The notes beneath the pieces are model-generated. The model was not told the origin of the DNA, did no database searches, and worked only from the letters and a program-made list of their open reading frames with translations. Source: Eledone cirrhosa (taxonomy: Eukaryota). Taken from it: a DNA stretch of 64,000 nt. Shown here in pieces: positions 30,901 through 42,910 of the stretch (position 1 is its first letter; each line of letters opens with the position of its first letter). The position numbers and the translations under genes were made by a program. The stretch is from positions 81,282,001 to 81,346,000 of the forward strand of contig OZ024745.1 in the NCBI GenBank assembly GCA_964016885.1. The letters run 5' to 3'.

Positions 30901-31658
30901 GTGCGTTTCGGTTAGTGCCATGCATAGTGCTTGATTGCTTATGGCTAAGTCTCCCAGGTAGGAAATTTTACTCATGTTAATGAGTTTCACCAGACCCCTG
31001 ACATTCAGCAGCAGCACTGGTGTGACTTTTGGGGTGCCAGTAATGGCTGTCGGTATGACACCTGGTCTGGTGTCAGCGGCGGCCACTCTGGGTCCCTTAA
31101 CTGCGGTGGTCTCGAGTGCTGGTGTGGATGACCCTGGCTCTGGAGACGATGCAGCCAGGTCAGCTGTCCCACAATCTTCTCTGCCATCATTGAAAAATTT
31201 TTCTGATCTGCTGCTGCCATCTGTATCTCGTCGGCATGTGCGTGCCTTCTCCCTGTTGGTGCAGCACGCGCGACATCAGCATACTTCTGGAGCGGCTTAT
31301 TTCAGCTTTGGCTGAGCATGTTGCGCGAGTATGATGGGCATAGTTCGTTTGAGACCTAGGGAGGGCGAATCTGCATCCCATCCCTGTCTCTCCATGCAAG
31401 CATGTCCCGTTCTTGAAAAACTTGCACATTACTTGGGGTCTTTTGCTCCCAGTGTCCCGGTGCTTTCTGTTCTTCCTTTGAACAGTTGTCCACTGGTCCC
31501 TCTGCGCTTGGTTCTCCTTCGGAAGGTGATTTCGCTTTTCACCTTTGCCCTTAGCTTGTTGGTTGCCCGGCCTGCCCTCCCTGCCTGTGGCGGAGGGTAT
31601 ATCATCTTCTTTCAGGTCCGTGCTTGTGCTCTCCTCCTTTTCTTTTTCCTCTTCCTTT
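27977..31658 (-). mobile_element. CR1-group LINE: remnant CCCH-type ORF1 plus APE-RT ORF2, frameshifted
   Basis: APE: LLNVRGL, LTETHL, RSDR..GG, YRPP, GDFNLP, LDLCFTN, SDH. RT: NYRPVSL, QHGFR.GRSC, LDFAKAFDKVDH, GVPQG.VLGPLLF, YADD, LERRRER. 3' tail (AAAAGAGT)n; [16 protein letters not shown] near 31400. Confidence 0.9.
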
Positions 31659-31673
31659 TATATATATATATTC

Positions 31674-31704
<31 letters not shown>

Positions 31705-31705
31705 T

Positions 31706-31808
<103 letters not shown>

Positions 31809-31864
31809 TACACATATATATACATATATACATATGTCAGGAGGTCAAATATGTTATAAATAAC

Positions 31865-31910
31865 TGCTCCGAAGAATTCAAACCTCGGTTTGGAGGAAAA
31901 AATTGTAAGC
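31865..31910 (+). ncRNA. HHR-like motif, U4C core variant, in an isolated ~110-bp pLTR fragment
   Basis: tgct-CCGAAGA-A-TTCAAAC-ctcg-GTTTGGA-G-GAAA-AATT-GTA-agca-aataaa. Confidence 0.6.
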
Positions 31911-31943
31911 AAATAAATGACTTAAACTGAACTTTGATTACTG

Positions 31944-32050
<107 letters not shown>

Positions 32051-32063
32051 CATATATATATAC

Positions 32064-32096
<33 letters not shown>

Positions 32097-32149
32097 CATA
32101 GATATATATACATATATACACACACACACATATATATATATACATATAT

Positions 32150-32185
<36 letters not shown>

Positions 32186-32191
<6 letters not shown>

Positions 32192-35100
32192 TAAAATAAC
32201 AGATTAAAGTTTAAGCAAAGAATCGCTGCTTTCACCCTTAACGGGATCTTCTGAAACTAACAAAGTCAATCTGTAAACGCAGAACTGGATATTTCAAAAA
32301 ACGTTGCAACCGGAGGAAGACAGGAAGACGATACTTTGGTTCGTGGTAACGTTCGCTGGCAAAGAACGGGAAAAAACGAATAATACGTCATTAATAGGAG
32401 CGGTGAAAAACAATTACGCGCAAAGACAGAACCACGTTTATGGTATAAAAGAGGTCGTAGACTAATGTTCTCTTAGGTGGTGCATAGAGACGTTCTCTGG
32501 CAATGAACGAAAAAACGAAGATAATAAGTCGTATGTGGAGCGTGGAGAACAATAGAACGCAAAGACAAAACCACGTAAATGGTATAGAAGAAGTCGTAGA
32601 CTAAAATTAATCTCCGCTACAGAGTTAAGAACAAAGTAAATAAATACAATACAGAAGTAATAGAAACAAATAAATACATACATGCAAACAGATACGTACA
32701 TACACAAGCATACTCAAAACCTTACCATAGGTATACAAAACCACGCACATATAAATATGTGTGTGTGTGTGTATGCTTGTGTACAAATAAATAAATAATT
32801 ATATCAATGTATATAAGTAAATAAATACGTATATAACAAGCGCACACGCATACCTACATATAAATACACGAATGATCGGAGACGTAAGTCAACTAAAACA
32901 AGAAGTACACATATACACACACCCACCATACGTACGAACCTGCATACTCACGCAGACGCGAAACTCCCGTATACACATAGCCAAACCCTAAATACCAGAC
33001 TATGTAAAAATTATACGCCATAACAGTCAAATATACGTACGAGAAAGTATACATACCTTCACAAAACATACGGGTAATATATACTTACCTATGCAAATAA
33101 GTAAAGGAATAAACAAAACATATACTTAGCTCCCACATCAAGACGTAAAATATCCACGTATAGGTCGTGCTATCCGTTAGGGTATAACGTGGGGCTGTAA
33201 TACAGTAAAGTTTTGTGCAATTTATGTTTACAAGCCGAAATTGCCTCAGATTTTTTGTTTAAGATGTGGTCTGTGGCGTAGAGTATTTCCAGGGCCTCAG
33301 CGGCGCAGAGGTCACATGGTCTTTTATTTCCGTTATACGATCTAGCCCTAGCTAGGATCTCCCAGTGTAACTTATATTGGGTGTGGTTATCTTTTAGACT
33401 CCAGATATAAGCTGAAAGTGACGTCATATTCCTTCTTAGAGGGTAGCGAAAAGAATGGGTATGGATGTAAAGACGCTGCTTGAAACTATTGGCGGTTAAC
33501 CCTATGTAGGCCCTATGGGACGTGGGTGTTACAACCTTACATTTGTAGACAATGTTACTAGAGAGGCATTTCCCGGATAGGGGGCAATCAGCCCGATTCC
33601 TACAATTACAGTTAGTACTAACTACAGGGTTGCACGTGTTCCTACGGCTAGGTAGTTTAGCTAAATTTGAAGCTGTGATGTTATGTGCAAGGTTAGGAGT
33701 CGTAGAGTAAGAAATTTTAATAGTATTTCTATTAAAAATTTTACTATATTTATGTGTAGGGGGAAAATGCTTCGTAATAAGGGAAAGAAAGATCTTAGCT
33801 AATGGTGTGGCCACCTCCATATTATATGGTGGGTTAAACCAACAAATGCGACGGGATCTATTTCTTCTAGGTCTATTTTCGTACTCTGTATATGCTACCT
33901 TATCGACAAATCCACTTCGAGCAAGAGCTTCATTGTAATAAGTGGAATGGTCGTTGAAAATGCGCTCGTTGGTGGAAAGACGGGAAAGCCTCAACGAAAC
34001 GTTTCTTACCAGGTTCTTGGTTATGCTGGCAGGATGGTTGGAATGCTTACTTATGTAATTAAGCGTATCATTCGGCTTTCTATACGGGTAATACAACCCA
34101 TTCAAAAAATTGAGGGTAACGTCGAGGTAATTAACGACCGAGAGATTGGCCTCAACCTGTATAGAGAGGTTGAAGCCTTTAAAGAAGGCTGTGAGTTCTT
34201 TTCTGAACCTGTCGCAAGCACGAGGTCCGCACTTAGTCATGGTCAAAAGACCATCGTCACGGTACAAACCACCGCCCGCGTTGGGGGAATTCGTCCTTGA
34301 TAGAGAAAAGAAGGAAAAGGCCAATAAGATCAGTAACCTCCGCAGAGTCACTGGCGCCCATACTCACGTCGAATGGGGTACTATTGGATTTTTAATCCAA
34401 ATAGAGTCGTCGAAATTAATCACCGACTTTCGGGCATTAAGGATGACATCAACTTCAAAATCCTTAACCACTGTGAGTGTTTTAGCGAAATTGATAGAGA
34501 AGTGGTAAAGTGATGGAGGAGTAGTAATTGTTGATGTCGAATTGGATAAAACGGCAATGTTCCTTGTTACATATGCCGTTGAACCAATCAATCACCGCGA
34601 AAGAATTGTTCCACAGTGCGAGAGGGGCCAAACTTCTAATTTCAGGTATAATTCTATCAAGAATCGTTTTACTAAGTCTACCTAAATCGAACTTCGTAGG
34701 GTTAATAAGCCGAATAGAGGGGTTGTTCGGAAAATTGGATTTGTGATCCTTCAGGGTAAAGTGGGGAGAGATAGGGTCCAGAGGTTCGGTCCGGTCCAGG
34801 ATGTTGAGATCAGATGTGATTTTAAACCCAGCATCGTTGATTTCATTGATGACGCACCGATTAGTTATACGGTAATCCTTAGTTACAGCATTATGTAGTA
34901 GTTGATGGTAAGTACTGCGCTCCACTTGATATAGGTTGCCAGTTTTGTCGGAATGGACGTGCACAGCGTTAGAATCCTTAATAGAACGAATTCTATTCTT
35001 CAGGTCTTGCTGGAAGGAATTGCTCCTATTCCGAAATTTGATATTCCGAATGAGTTCCAAGACATCATTTTCGAAGGGTAGCAATGCTGGGTTCCACGGA

Positions 35101-36400
35101 GGGTTATTATAAGTTTTAAATCCAAATTTATCCTGTTTGTTGTCTGCTTTTCGCGGATTATCGAAATAAAAGGCACGCCAACGCAACCTTTTAATGAACG
35201 CGTCTGTTTTCTGTATCAGGAGTTTTAGGTATGTTTTCCTGCTTGGTACGGGTATGTTCTTTGTAGAAATATTCAGATGTTGTTTCTGCATGATGAATAT
35301 AAGTCAGTAGAGTGCTCAACCGAAGGAGCCAAATAGTAATAATAATAAAATTGAAGACTAAAATCCAAAGATGGCTCGATATGGAAAATATATATCAAAT
35401 ATATAAGAACCGTAGAGCAAATATTTATTAAAATAACAGATTAAAGTTTAAGCAAAGAATCGCTGCTTTCACCCTTAACGGGATCTTCTGAAACTAACAA
35501 AGTCAATCTGTAAACGCAGAACTGGATATTTCAAAAAACGTTGCAACCGGAGGAAGACAGGAAGACGATACTTTGGTTCGTGGTAACGTTCGCTGGCAAA
35601 GAACGGGAAAAAACGAATAATACGTCATTAATAGGAGCGGTGAAAAACAATTACGCGCAAAGACAGAACAACGTTTATGGTATAAAAGAGGTCGTAGACT
35701 AATGTTCTCTTAGGTGGTGCATAGAGACGTTCTCTGGCAATGAACGAAAAAACGAAGATAATAAGTCGTATGTGGAGCGTGGAGAACAATAGCACGCAAA
35801 GACAAAACCACGTAAATGGTATAGCAGAAGTCGTAGACTAAAATTAATCTCCGCTACAGAGTTAAGAACAAAGTAAATAAATACAATACAGAAGTAATAG
35901 AAACAAATAAATACATACATGCAAACAGATACGTACATACACAAGCATACGCAAAACCTTACCATAGGTATACAAAACCACGCATATATAAATATGTGTG
36001 TGTGTGTGTATGCTTGTGTACAAATAAATAAATAATTATATCAATGTATATAAGTAAATAAATACGTATATAACAAGCGCACACGCATACCTACATATAA
36101 ATACACGAATGATCGGAGACGTAAGTCAACTAAAACAAGAAGTACACATATACACACACCCACCATACGTACGAACCTGCATACTCACGCAGACGCGAAA
36201 CTCCCGTATACACATAGCCAAACCCTAGATTGACTTTGTTAGTTTCAGATGATCCCGTTAAGGGTGAAAGCAGCGATTCTTTGCTTAAACTTTAATCTGT
36301 TATTTTAATAAATATTTGCTCTACGGTTCTTATATATTTGATATATATTTTCCTTATCGATCCCTCTTTGGATTTTAGTCTTCAATTTTATTATTATTAC
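32186..36400 (-). mobile_element. Penelope-like element family C (YRDD/Hydra-like), full ORF span, partial-tandem pLTRs plus inverted arm
   Basis: 35423-36227 is a direct repeat of 32186-32990; 36228-36400 is inverted; HHR variants at 32208-32258(-), 35445-35495(-) and 36241-36291(+). Confidence 0.92.
33170..35291 (-). pseudogene. PLE RT + GIY-YIG ORF with frameshifts at about 34300-34500
   Basis: STKNIPVP..FIKRLRWRAFYF, DKTGNLY, FIQFDI, MGASDSAEVTDLIG, GLYRDDGL, WFNPPY, CNCR..CPL.G.CL, IVY..YIG, CDLC. Confidence 0.9.
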
Positions 36401-36439
36401 TATATATATATATATATACATAGATATATATACATATAT

Positions 36440-36514
<75 letters not shown>

Positions 36515-36577
36515 CACACATATATATTTATACATATATACACACACACACATATATATATATATATACACACACAC

Positions 36578-36684
<107 letters not shown>

Positions 36685-37182
36685 TAAGAGGAATTCCAAC
36701 TTTGTCTGATTAACTCGTTTTATTTACAATCCTTTAAAATATATATAATATGGTATTATAAGGAAATAGTATGATAGAATATTAAATTCTAAGTGTTAAT
36801 TGAACAAGTACTTTCATGCTTTCGCAATCTTCAGCTTCATGATATGTGGTGACAGTCGAGTTTGCAATTTTCAACTGTAATGAGATGGGTAAATTTACTA
36901 CCTTTTATACATTTTATACAGAGAAAAGTGGCTCCAGAATGCAAAGCCCTGTAAACTGTATTTCGACCAATCAGTGTGTAGTTTCACTGAATTACTACAG
37001 CTATACTATTTCATTATAATACCATATTATATATATTTTAAAGGATTGTAAATAAAACGAGTTAATCAGACAAAGTTGGAATTCCTCTTATTAATATAAT
37101 CTTCTATACACAATCATACACACCCGTGTATATTTACCTATCTTTATCTATATATATATATTCCTATTGTGTATATGCCAAC

Positions 37183-38532
37183 ATGTCTGGAAAGCAACAA
37201 ATGAAACCAACAGAATCAGAAAGAATTCTAAAGGAGATATCATCGAAATTATCAACACTTATCACGATGATGGACACACAATCCTCTATTTTAAAGGAAA
37301 TAGAAAAACAATCTACAGACGGAAAACTTATAACTGAACATATAAACTCTGAAATTAAGAATTTAGCTGAAATTATACCAACAGTTATCAAAGATACAAG
37401 AGAAAACCTACCACAACCCCCTTGGATGTCAGAAATAAACGAAAGAAATTTGGAAAACAAAACACATCGAATAAGAAAAGAAATGTGGAAGACATGGAAA
37501 AAATTCCTTAACATAAGAAAACAAAATTTCTGGAAAGCATACAGATGCGAAAAATATGTCGAAACACATTCGAAATGGCTCTCTCTAACGGCACCCATAC
37601 TCCCTCGTAAATACCTAATTACAGAAATTGCAGGAGAACCAGAAGAAGAAACAAAACTCCGTTGGGAACTTACATTGACAAAATTCAGGACCGACATCTC
37701 CATTTCTGAATGTAAACAATCCCGCTACAAAGCCAAATATGAAGCTATTGATGACCAAATTGAAGTTGAAATTTCAAAGCTAACGACTGGTATTATAGCT
37801 GAAAAACTACGAGAACTATGGATCGGAGATATCTCAAAAGAAGAAAACAAATCAAGAAAGGTATGGCAGCAGAAACAATTATTTCTCGATGAATATGCTG
37901 CAAATTACGGTAAAGACTCTGGAACCCTGAGAAAAAGCATTAAAAGTGGACAATCTCATCAACACAACATACGCCAGAACACGTGCCAACACAAACACTC
38001 ACCTTACCTTGAATCAAAGAAGAACTACGGTAATAACTCTTCGCTTTTTCTACAAAAACACCCTATCGCACACAACATGAACAAAAAGCACAAACACGAT
38101 AGGTATTCCTTTGACCAGACCATGAGAAGTAGTAAAACCAGGAGATCATTCTCAAGATCTCAACAGAGAATACCAACAAGGAATGTGGAAACAAAACGTA
38201 GAATAACCAGATCATTCTCAAGATCTCAACAGAGATTGCCCACAAGAAACTGGACGAAAAAACGATCTAAACCTGAAAGCAAACCTAGGTCATTTTCCCA
38301 GATTGTTAAAAATAATGCTAACAGGAAGAAAAATAATATACAGAATACCAAAAATAGGACAAAATACATAACGAAACCAAATATAATATCACGACCAAAA
38401 GTTCATCAAGCGAACACCAACAGGAATATAAATCCTGAACAGAGAAAAATTCATTTTTTAACGCCAGGACAACAAAAACCGGAAAAAGAAAAACTCCAGG
38501 AGGAAACATACCCAAAACAGCCGTACACGTAG
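37183..38532 (+). CDS. PLE ORF1: 449-aa helical/coiled-coil N-terminal half plus basic RS-rich tail
   Basis: Uninterrupted ORF from ATG 37183; E/K/L/I-rich first half; RSFSRSQQR twice; overlaps the ORF2 frame by ~90 nt. Confidence 0.7.
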   Translation: MSGKQQMKPTESERILKEISSKLSTLITMMDTQSSILKEIEKQSTDGKLITEHINSEIKNLAEIIPTVIKDTRENLPQPPWMSEINERNLENKTHRIRKEMWKTWKKFLNIRKQNFWKAYRCEKYVETHSKWLSLTAPILPRKYLITEIAGEPEEETKLRWELTLTKFRTDISISECKQSRYKAKYEAIDDQIEVEISKLTTGIIAEKLRELWIGDISKEENKSRKVWQQKQLFLDEYAANYGKDSGTLRKSIKSGQSHQHNIRQNTCQHKHSPYLESKKNYGNNSSLFLQKHPIAHNMNKKHKHDRYSFDQTMRSSKTRRSFSRSQQRIPTRNVETKRRITRSFSRSQQRLPTRNWTKKRSKPESKPRSFSQIVKNNANRKKNNIQNTKNRTKYITKPNIISRPKVHQANTNRNINPEQRKIHFLTPGQQKPEKEKLQEETYPKQPYT

Positions 38533-40721
38533 ATCCTAAAATAATTAATTTATCTAAAAGAGATCTTGACAATGATGAAATGCAAATTCTGTCAAAAGGA
38601 CTGAAATTCACACCGACTCCAACAGTCAACCACCAAGAACTGAAGGAGGATACCCAAGAATTCTGTCGAAAATTACGTCTTGTAGAATTCTTCGCTGATA
38701 AAAATAATGAGAGTGATGAATCACTAGTAAAGAATAAATCAAATTTCACTCCGCCAAAAGGAAGAAATATTTATCTCGACCAATACATTGACATCCTGTC
38801 TAAATTTCCTCTTAGACATAATACTAATGTTAGGCCAAACATTAACAAATCAGAAATGTCTGCACTTAAACGTATACAAAATGATAAAACAATAATAATT
38901 AAACAAGCAGATAAAGGGGGTGCAGTTGTTATAATGGATACTGAATACTACAAGGATTTGGTTGAGGAACAACTGAAAGACACAACATTCTATCATGAAA
39001 TACCGTCAAATATAGACCACAACATCATGAAGAAGATCAACAACCTGGCTTCAAAATACCACAACTCATTTACTGATAAGGAAAGAGACTACATCACCAA
39101 TTTTGAGCCGAAACCCAGCAACCTGTATGGCCTACCGAAAGTTCACAAGTCAAAAGAAATACAACTGGCAGTAAGAGAACAAAACAGTGAGTACATTAAA
39201 TTATTACACCCAAAAGACTTAAAACTTAGACCTATTATAGCTGGTCCAACATGCCCCACTCACCGTCTAAGCAATTTTGTTGACATTATTTTGAAACCAC
39301 TATGTATTTACATACCCAGTTTCATCCGGGATGATATCGACTTCCTGTCCCATCTTCCCAAAACCACGGAAACGAATTCACTTCTACTCAGTTTTGATGT
39401 GGTAAGCCTTTACACCAACATTACACATGATTTAGGAATAAAGGCGGTTAAATACTGGGTGGAAAAACATAGAGAAGTGATTCCCATTAGATTCACAGCG
39501 CCATTTATATTAGACGCAGTTAAACTTATTCTGGAAAACAACACTTTCTTCTTCAATGGAAAGAATTACATCCAAATTAGAGGCACAGCGATGGGAACGA
39601 AGTTTGCTCCCGTTTACGCGAACTCTGTAATGGGATACTTAGAACAACAACTCTACCAAGAAATAGAGGAAAAATATAGTACTGACTTTAGAAAGTACAT
39701 TGAAAAATCTTGGAAGAGATACCTTGACGACTGTTTCATCATCTGGACAGAATCTCTAGATACTCTGGATGAGTTCAATATCCTCCTGAATAACCTACAC
39801 CCATCTCTCCAATTCACAAAAGAGATGAGTAGGACCAAATTACCATTCCTAGATATAATGATAATCAAAAACGACACCACCATTACCACGGATATATATT
39901 ATAAACACACAGACACCCATCAATATCTGAATTTTAAGTCGTGCCATCCACCTCATACAAAACGCAACATCCCATACTGCCTAGCCAGAAGAATTTGTAC
40001 CATTGTAGAAGATACGAATACCAGGTACAAACGCCTAACAGAACTAAGAGAATTTTTGCTCAAACAAAAATACCCATCTCTACTTATAGAAAATGGCATA
40101 CAGCGGGCTATAAAAATACCTATACAACAACTTAGAACAACCCAAGGAAGAAGAAACCAAGAACTGGTCATACCATTTATAATGACACACAACCCATGTC
40201 ACCAGAATATATTCAACACTGCCAAAGCAAACCTACCGATCATTGCTCAAAGTAATGAATTAAAAGGCTTAATCACAGATCGATCTTTGACTCTTAGTAA
40301 AAGACAGCCAAAAAATTTGAAGCAATTGCTAACAAAAGCAAAGTTTGACCTTAACAACAAAGACCAATCATTCACTGTATCTAAATGCAATGATAATCGA
40401 TGCGGCACATGTCAATCCATACAGGCCGGTCAATATATGAAAACAAAAACTGGAAAAATATTCCCAAATGCAAATATGAACTGCAAAAGCAGAAATCTAA
40501 TTTACTGCATTAAATGCCCGAATTGTGAAGAACTATATGTCGGTCAAACTGGAAATGCACTATCGGAACGTGCACGGGTACACCGTCAACAAATCAGAGA
40601 CCCAAATGTCCGTCAGATACCCCTAAGCGGCCACCTGGCAACATGTGGTCAGGGAATATTTATAATATTCCCATTCTACAAATTACACAGCCCAAGTGAA
40701 ATCAAGAGAAAAATCAAATAA
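38439..40721 (+). CDS. PLE ORF2: RT + Cys linker + GIY-YIG (premature stop ~15 codons before the family end)
   Basis: IINLS..ILSKGLKFTPTP, ADKGG, YGLPKVHK, LRPII, FDVVSLYTNI, GTAMG, RYLDD, FLD, C..RC.TC, LIY..C..C..YVGQT; frame open from 38439, first ATG 38580. Confidence 0.92.
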   Translation, partial: TEKNSFFNARTTKTGKRKTPGGNIPKTAVHVDPKIINLSKRDLDNDEMQILSKGLKFTPTPTVNHQELKEDTQEFCRKLRLVEFFADKNNESDESLVKNKSNFTPPKGRNIYLDQYIDILSKFPLRHNTNVRPNINKSEMSALKRIQNDKTIIIKQADKGGAVVIMDTEYYKDLVEEQLKDTTFYHEIPSNIDHNIMKKINNLASKYHNSFTDKERDYITNFEPKPSNLYGLPKVHKSKEIQLAVREQNSEYIKLLHPKDLKLRPIIAGPTCPTHRLSNFVDIILKPLCIYIPSFIRDDIDFLSHLPKTTETNSLLLSFDVVSLYTNITHDLGIKAVKYWVEKHREVIPIRFTAPFILDAVKLILENNTFFFNGKNYIQIRGTAMGTKFAPVYANSVMGYLEQQLYQEIEEKYSTDFRKYIEKSWKRYLDDCFIIWTESLDTLDEFNILLNNLHPSLQFTKEMSRTKLPFLDIMIIKNDTTITTDIYYKHTDTHQYLNFKSCHPPHTKRNIPYCLARRICTIVEDTNTRYKRLTELREFLLKQKYPSLLIENGIQRAIKIPIQQLRTTQGRRNQELVIPFIMTHNPCHQNIFNTAKANLPIIAQSNELKGLITDRSLTLSKRQPKNLKQLLTKAKFDLNNKDQSFTVSKCNDNRCGTCQSIQAGQYMKTKTGKIFPNANMNCKSRNLIYCIKCPNCEELYVGQTGNALSERARVHRQQIRDPNVRQIPLSGHLATCGQGIFIIFPFYKLHSPSEIKRKIK

Positions 40722-41352
40722 AAGAATTTAATTGTAAATTCAAACCCAAGCTAAATGAACAATAATAACGCCTAGGGGTATTACTTCTACTACCACTATG
40801 ACCACAACCACTAACAACAACAATAACAACAATAATAATAATAATAAAAGTGATGTTGATGGTGATGATTAATAGAAAATGCTATTTTCATCATTTCAAA
40901 AAGCAAAACAATTGATACGTTGGGTATGACTATTGGTCGTTAGCATGCTCAACCAGCCGCGACGCTTAAACCAATCAGCTGTAGTAATTCAGTGAAACTA
41001 CACACTGATTGGTCGAAATACAGTTTACAGGGCTTAGCATTCTGGAGCCACTTTTCTCTGTATAAAATGTATAAAAGGTAGTAAATTTATCCATCTCATT
41101 ACAGTTAAAAATTGCAAACTCGACTGTCACCACATATCATGAAGCTGAAGATTGCGAAAGCATGAAAGTACTTGTTCAATTAACACTTAGAATTTAATAT
41201 TCTATCATACTATTTCCTTATAATACCATATTATATATATTTTAAAGGATTGTAAATAAAACGAGTTAATCAGACAAAGTTGGAATTCCTCTTATTAATA
41301 TAATCTTCTATACACGATCATACACACCCGTGTATATTTACCTATCTATCTA

Positions 41353-41514
<162 letters not shown>

Positions 41515-41662
41515 TATATACACATATATATATATATATATTTTTAATATCTATATACATATATATACACATATATATATATATAAATATATATATACAT
41601 ATATATACATACAGATATATATATATACACATATATATATATATATATATAAATATATATAT

Positions 41663-42237
41663 ATTGTTATACTTTGGGAGGGTCATGTTGCCAATAAGAA
41701 ACACACGCACCAGTTGCTTTCACTTCAATTTAATTTAATATATATTTATAAATTTACAAATTTATAAATTTCTGGTTGGTTGGTTGGTTCCACAACCAGA
41801 TAGTTGTTTATATATATATAGTCATAGTTCTTTCGTCACACACTCTGTGACCTCTTCAGTGACTGGGGATTTCTTTCTTCGTTTCTGTGCCTTTCCTTTC
41901 TTCTATCCTACGCCAAACAAAATGGCGTAGGATAGAAGAAAGGAAAGGCACAGAAACGAAGAAAGAAATCCCCAGTCACTGAAGAGGTCACAGAGTGTGT
42001 GACGAAAGAACTATGACTATATATATATAAACAACTATCTGGTTGTGGAACCAACCAACCAACCAGAAATTTATAAATTTGTAAATTTATAAATATATAT
42101 TAAATTAAATTGAAGTGAAAGCAACTGGTGCGTGTGTTTCTTATTGGCAACATGACCCTCCCAAAGTATAACAATATCGGTTTTAACACACGATTTCAGA
42201 TAAAGAATCTTGCTAAACAAATTCAGAAACGAAATAT
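41663..42237. mobile_element. Family E pLTR fold-back with HHRs on both strands (41821-41863 -, 41975-42017 +)
   Basis: 41663-41915 is inverted against 41923-42177; gtca-CTGAAGA-G-GTCACA..TGTGAC-GAAA-GAA-CTA-tgac. Confidence 0.85.
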
Positions 42238-42463
42238 ATATATACATATATATATATACAGATATATATATATACACACATATATATATATATATACATA
42301 TATACACACATATATATATATATATATATATACATATATACACACATATATATATACACACATATATATATATATACACACATATATATATATATACACC
42401 TATATATATATATATATACACACATATATATATATATATATACACATATATATATATATACAC

Positions 42464-42494
<31 letters not shown>

Positions 42495-42551
42495 TATATA
42501 TATATATACACATATATATATATATATACACACACATATATATATATATAT

Positions 42552-42646
<95 letters not shown>

Positions 42647-42763
42647 TAGATATACACATATATATATATACATACACATATATATATATATACACACAGA
42701 TATATATATATATATACATATATAGATATACACATATATATATATACATATACATATATTCAC

Positions 42764-42885
<122 letters not shown>

Positions 42886-42910
42886 TAGATATACACATAT
42901 ATATATATAT

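Noticed and set aside
40700-40765. Shortened natural C-terminus of family D ORF2
   Set aside because: The copy at 63400-63460 has GAA and an intact frame to PKLNEQ*, so this is decay or sequencing error.
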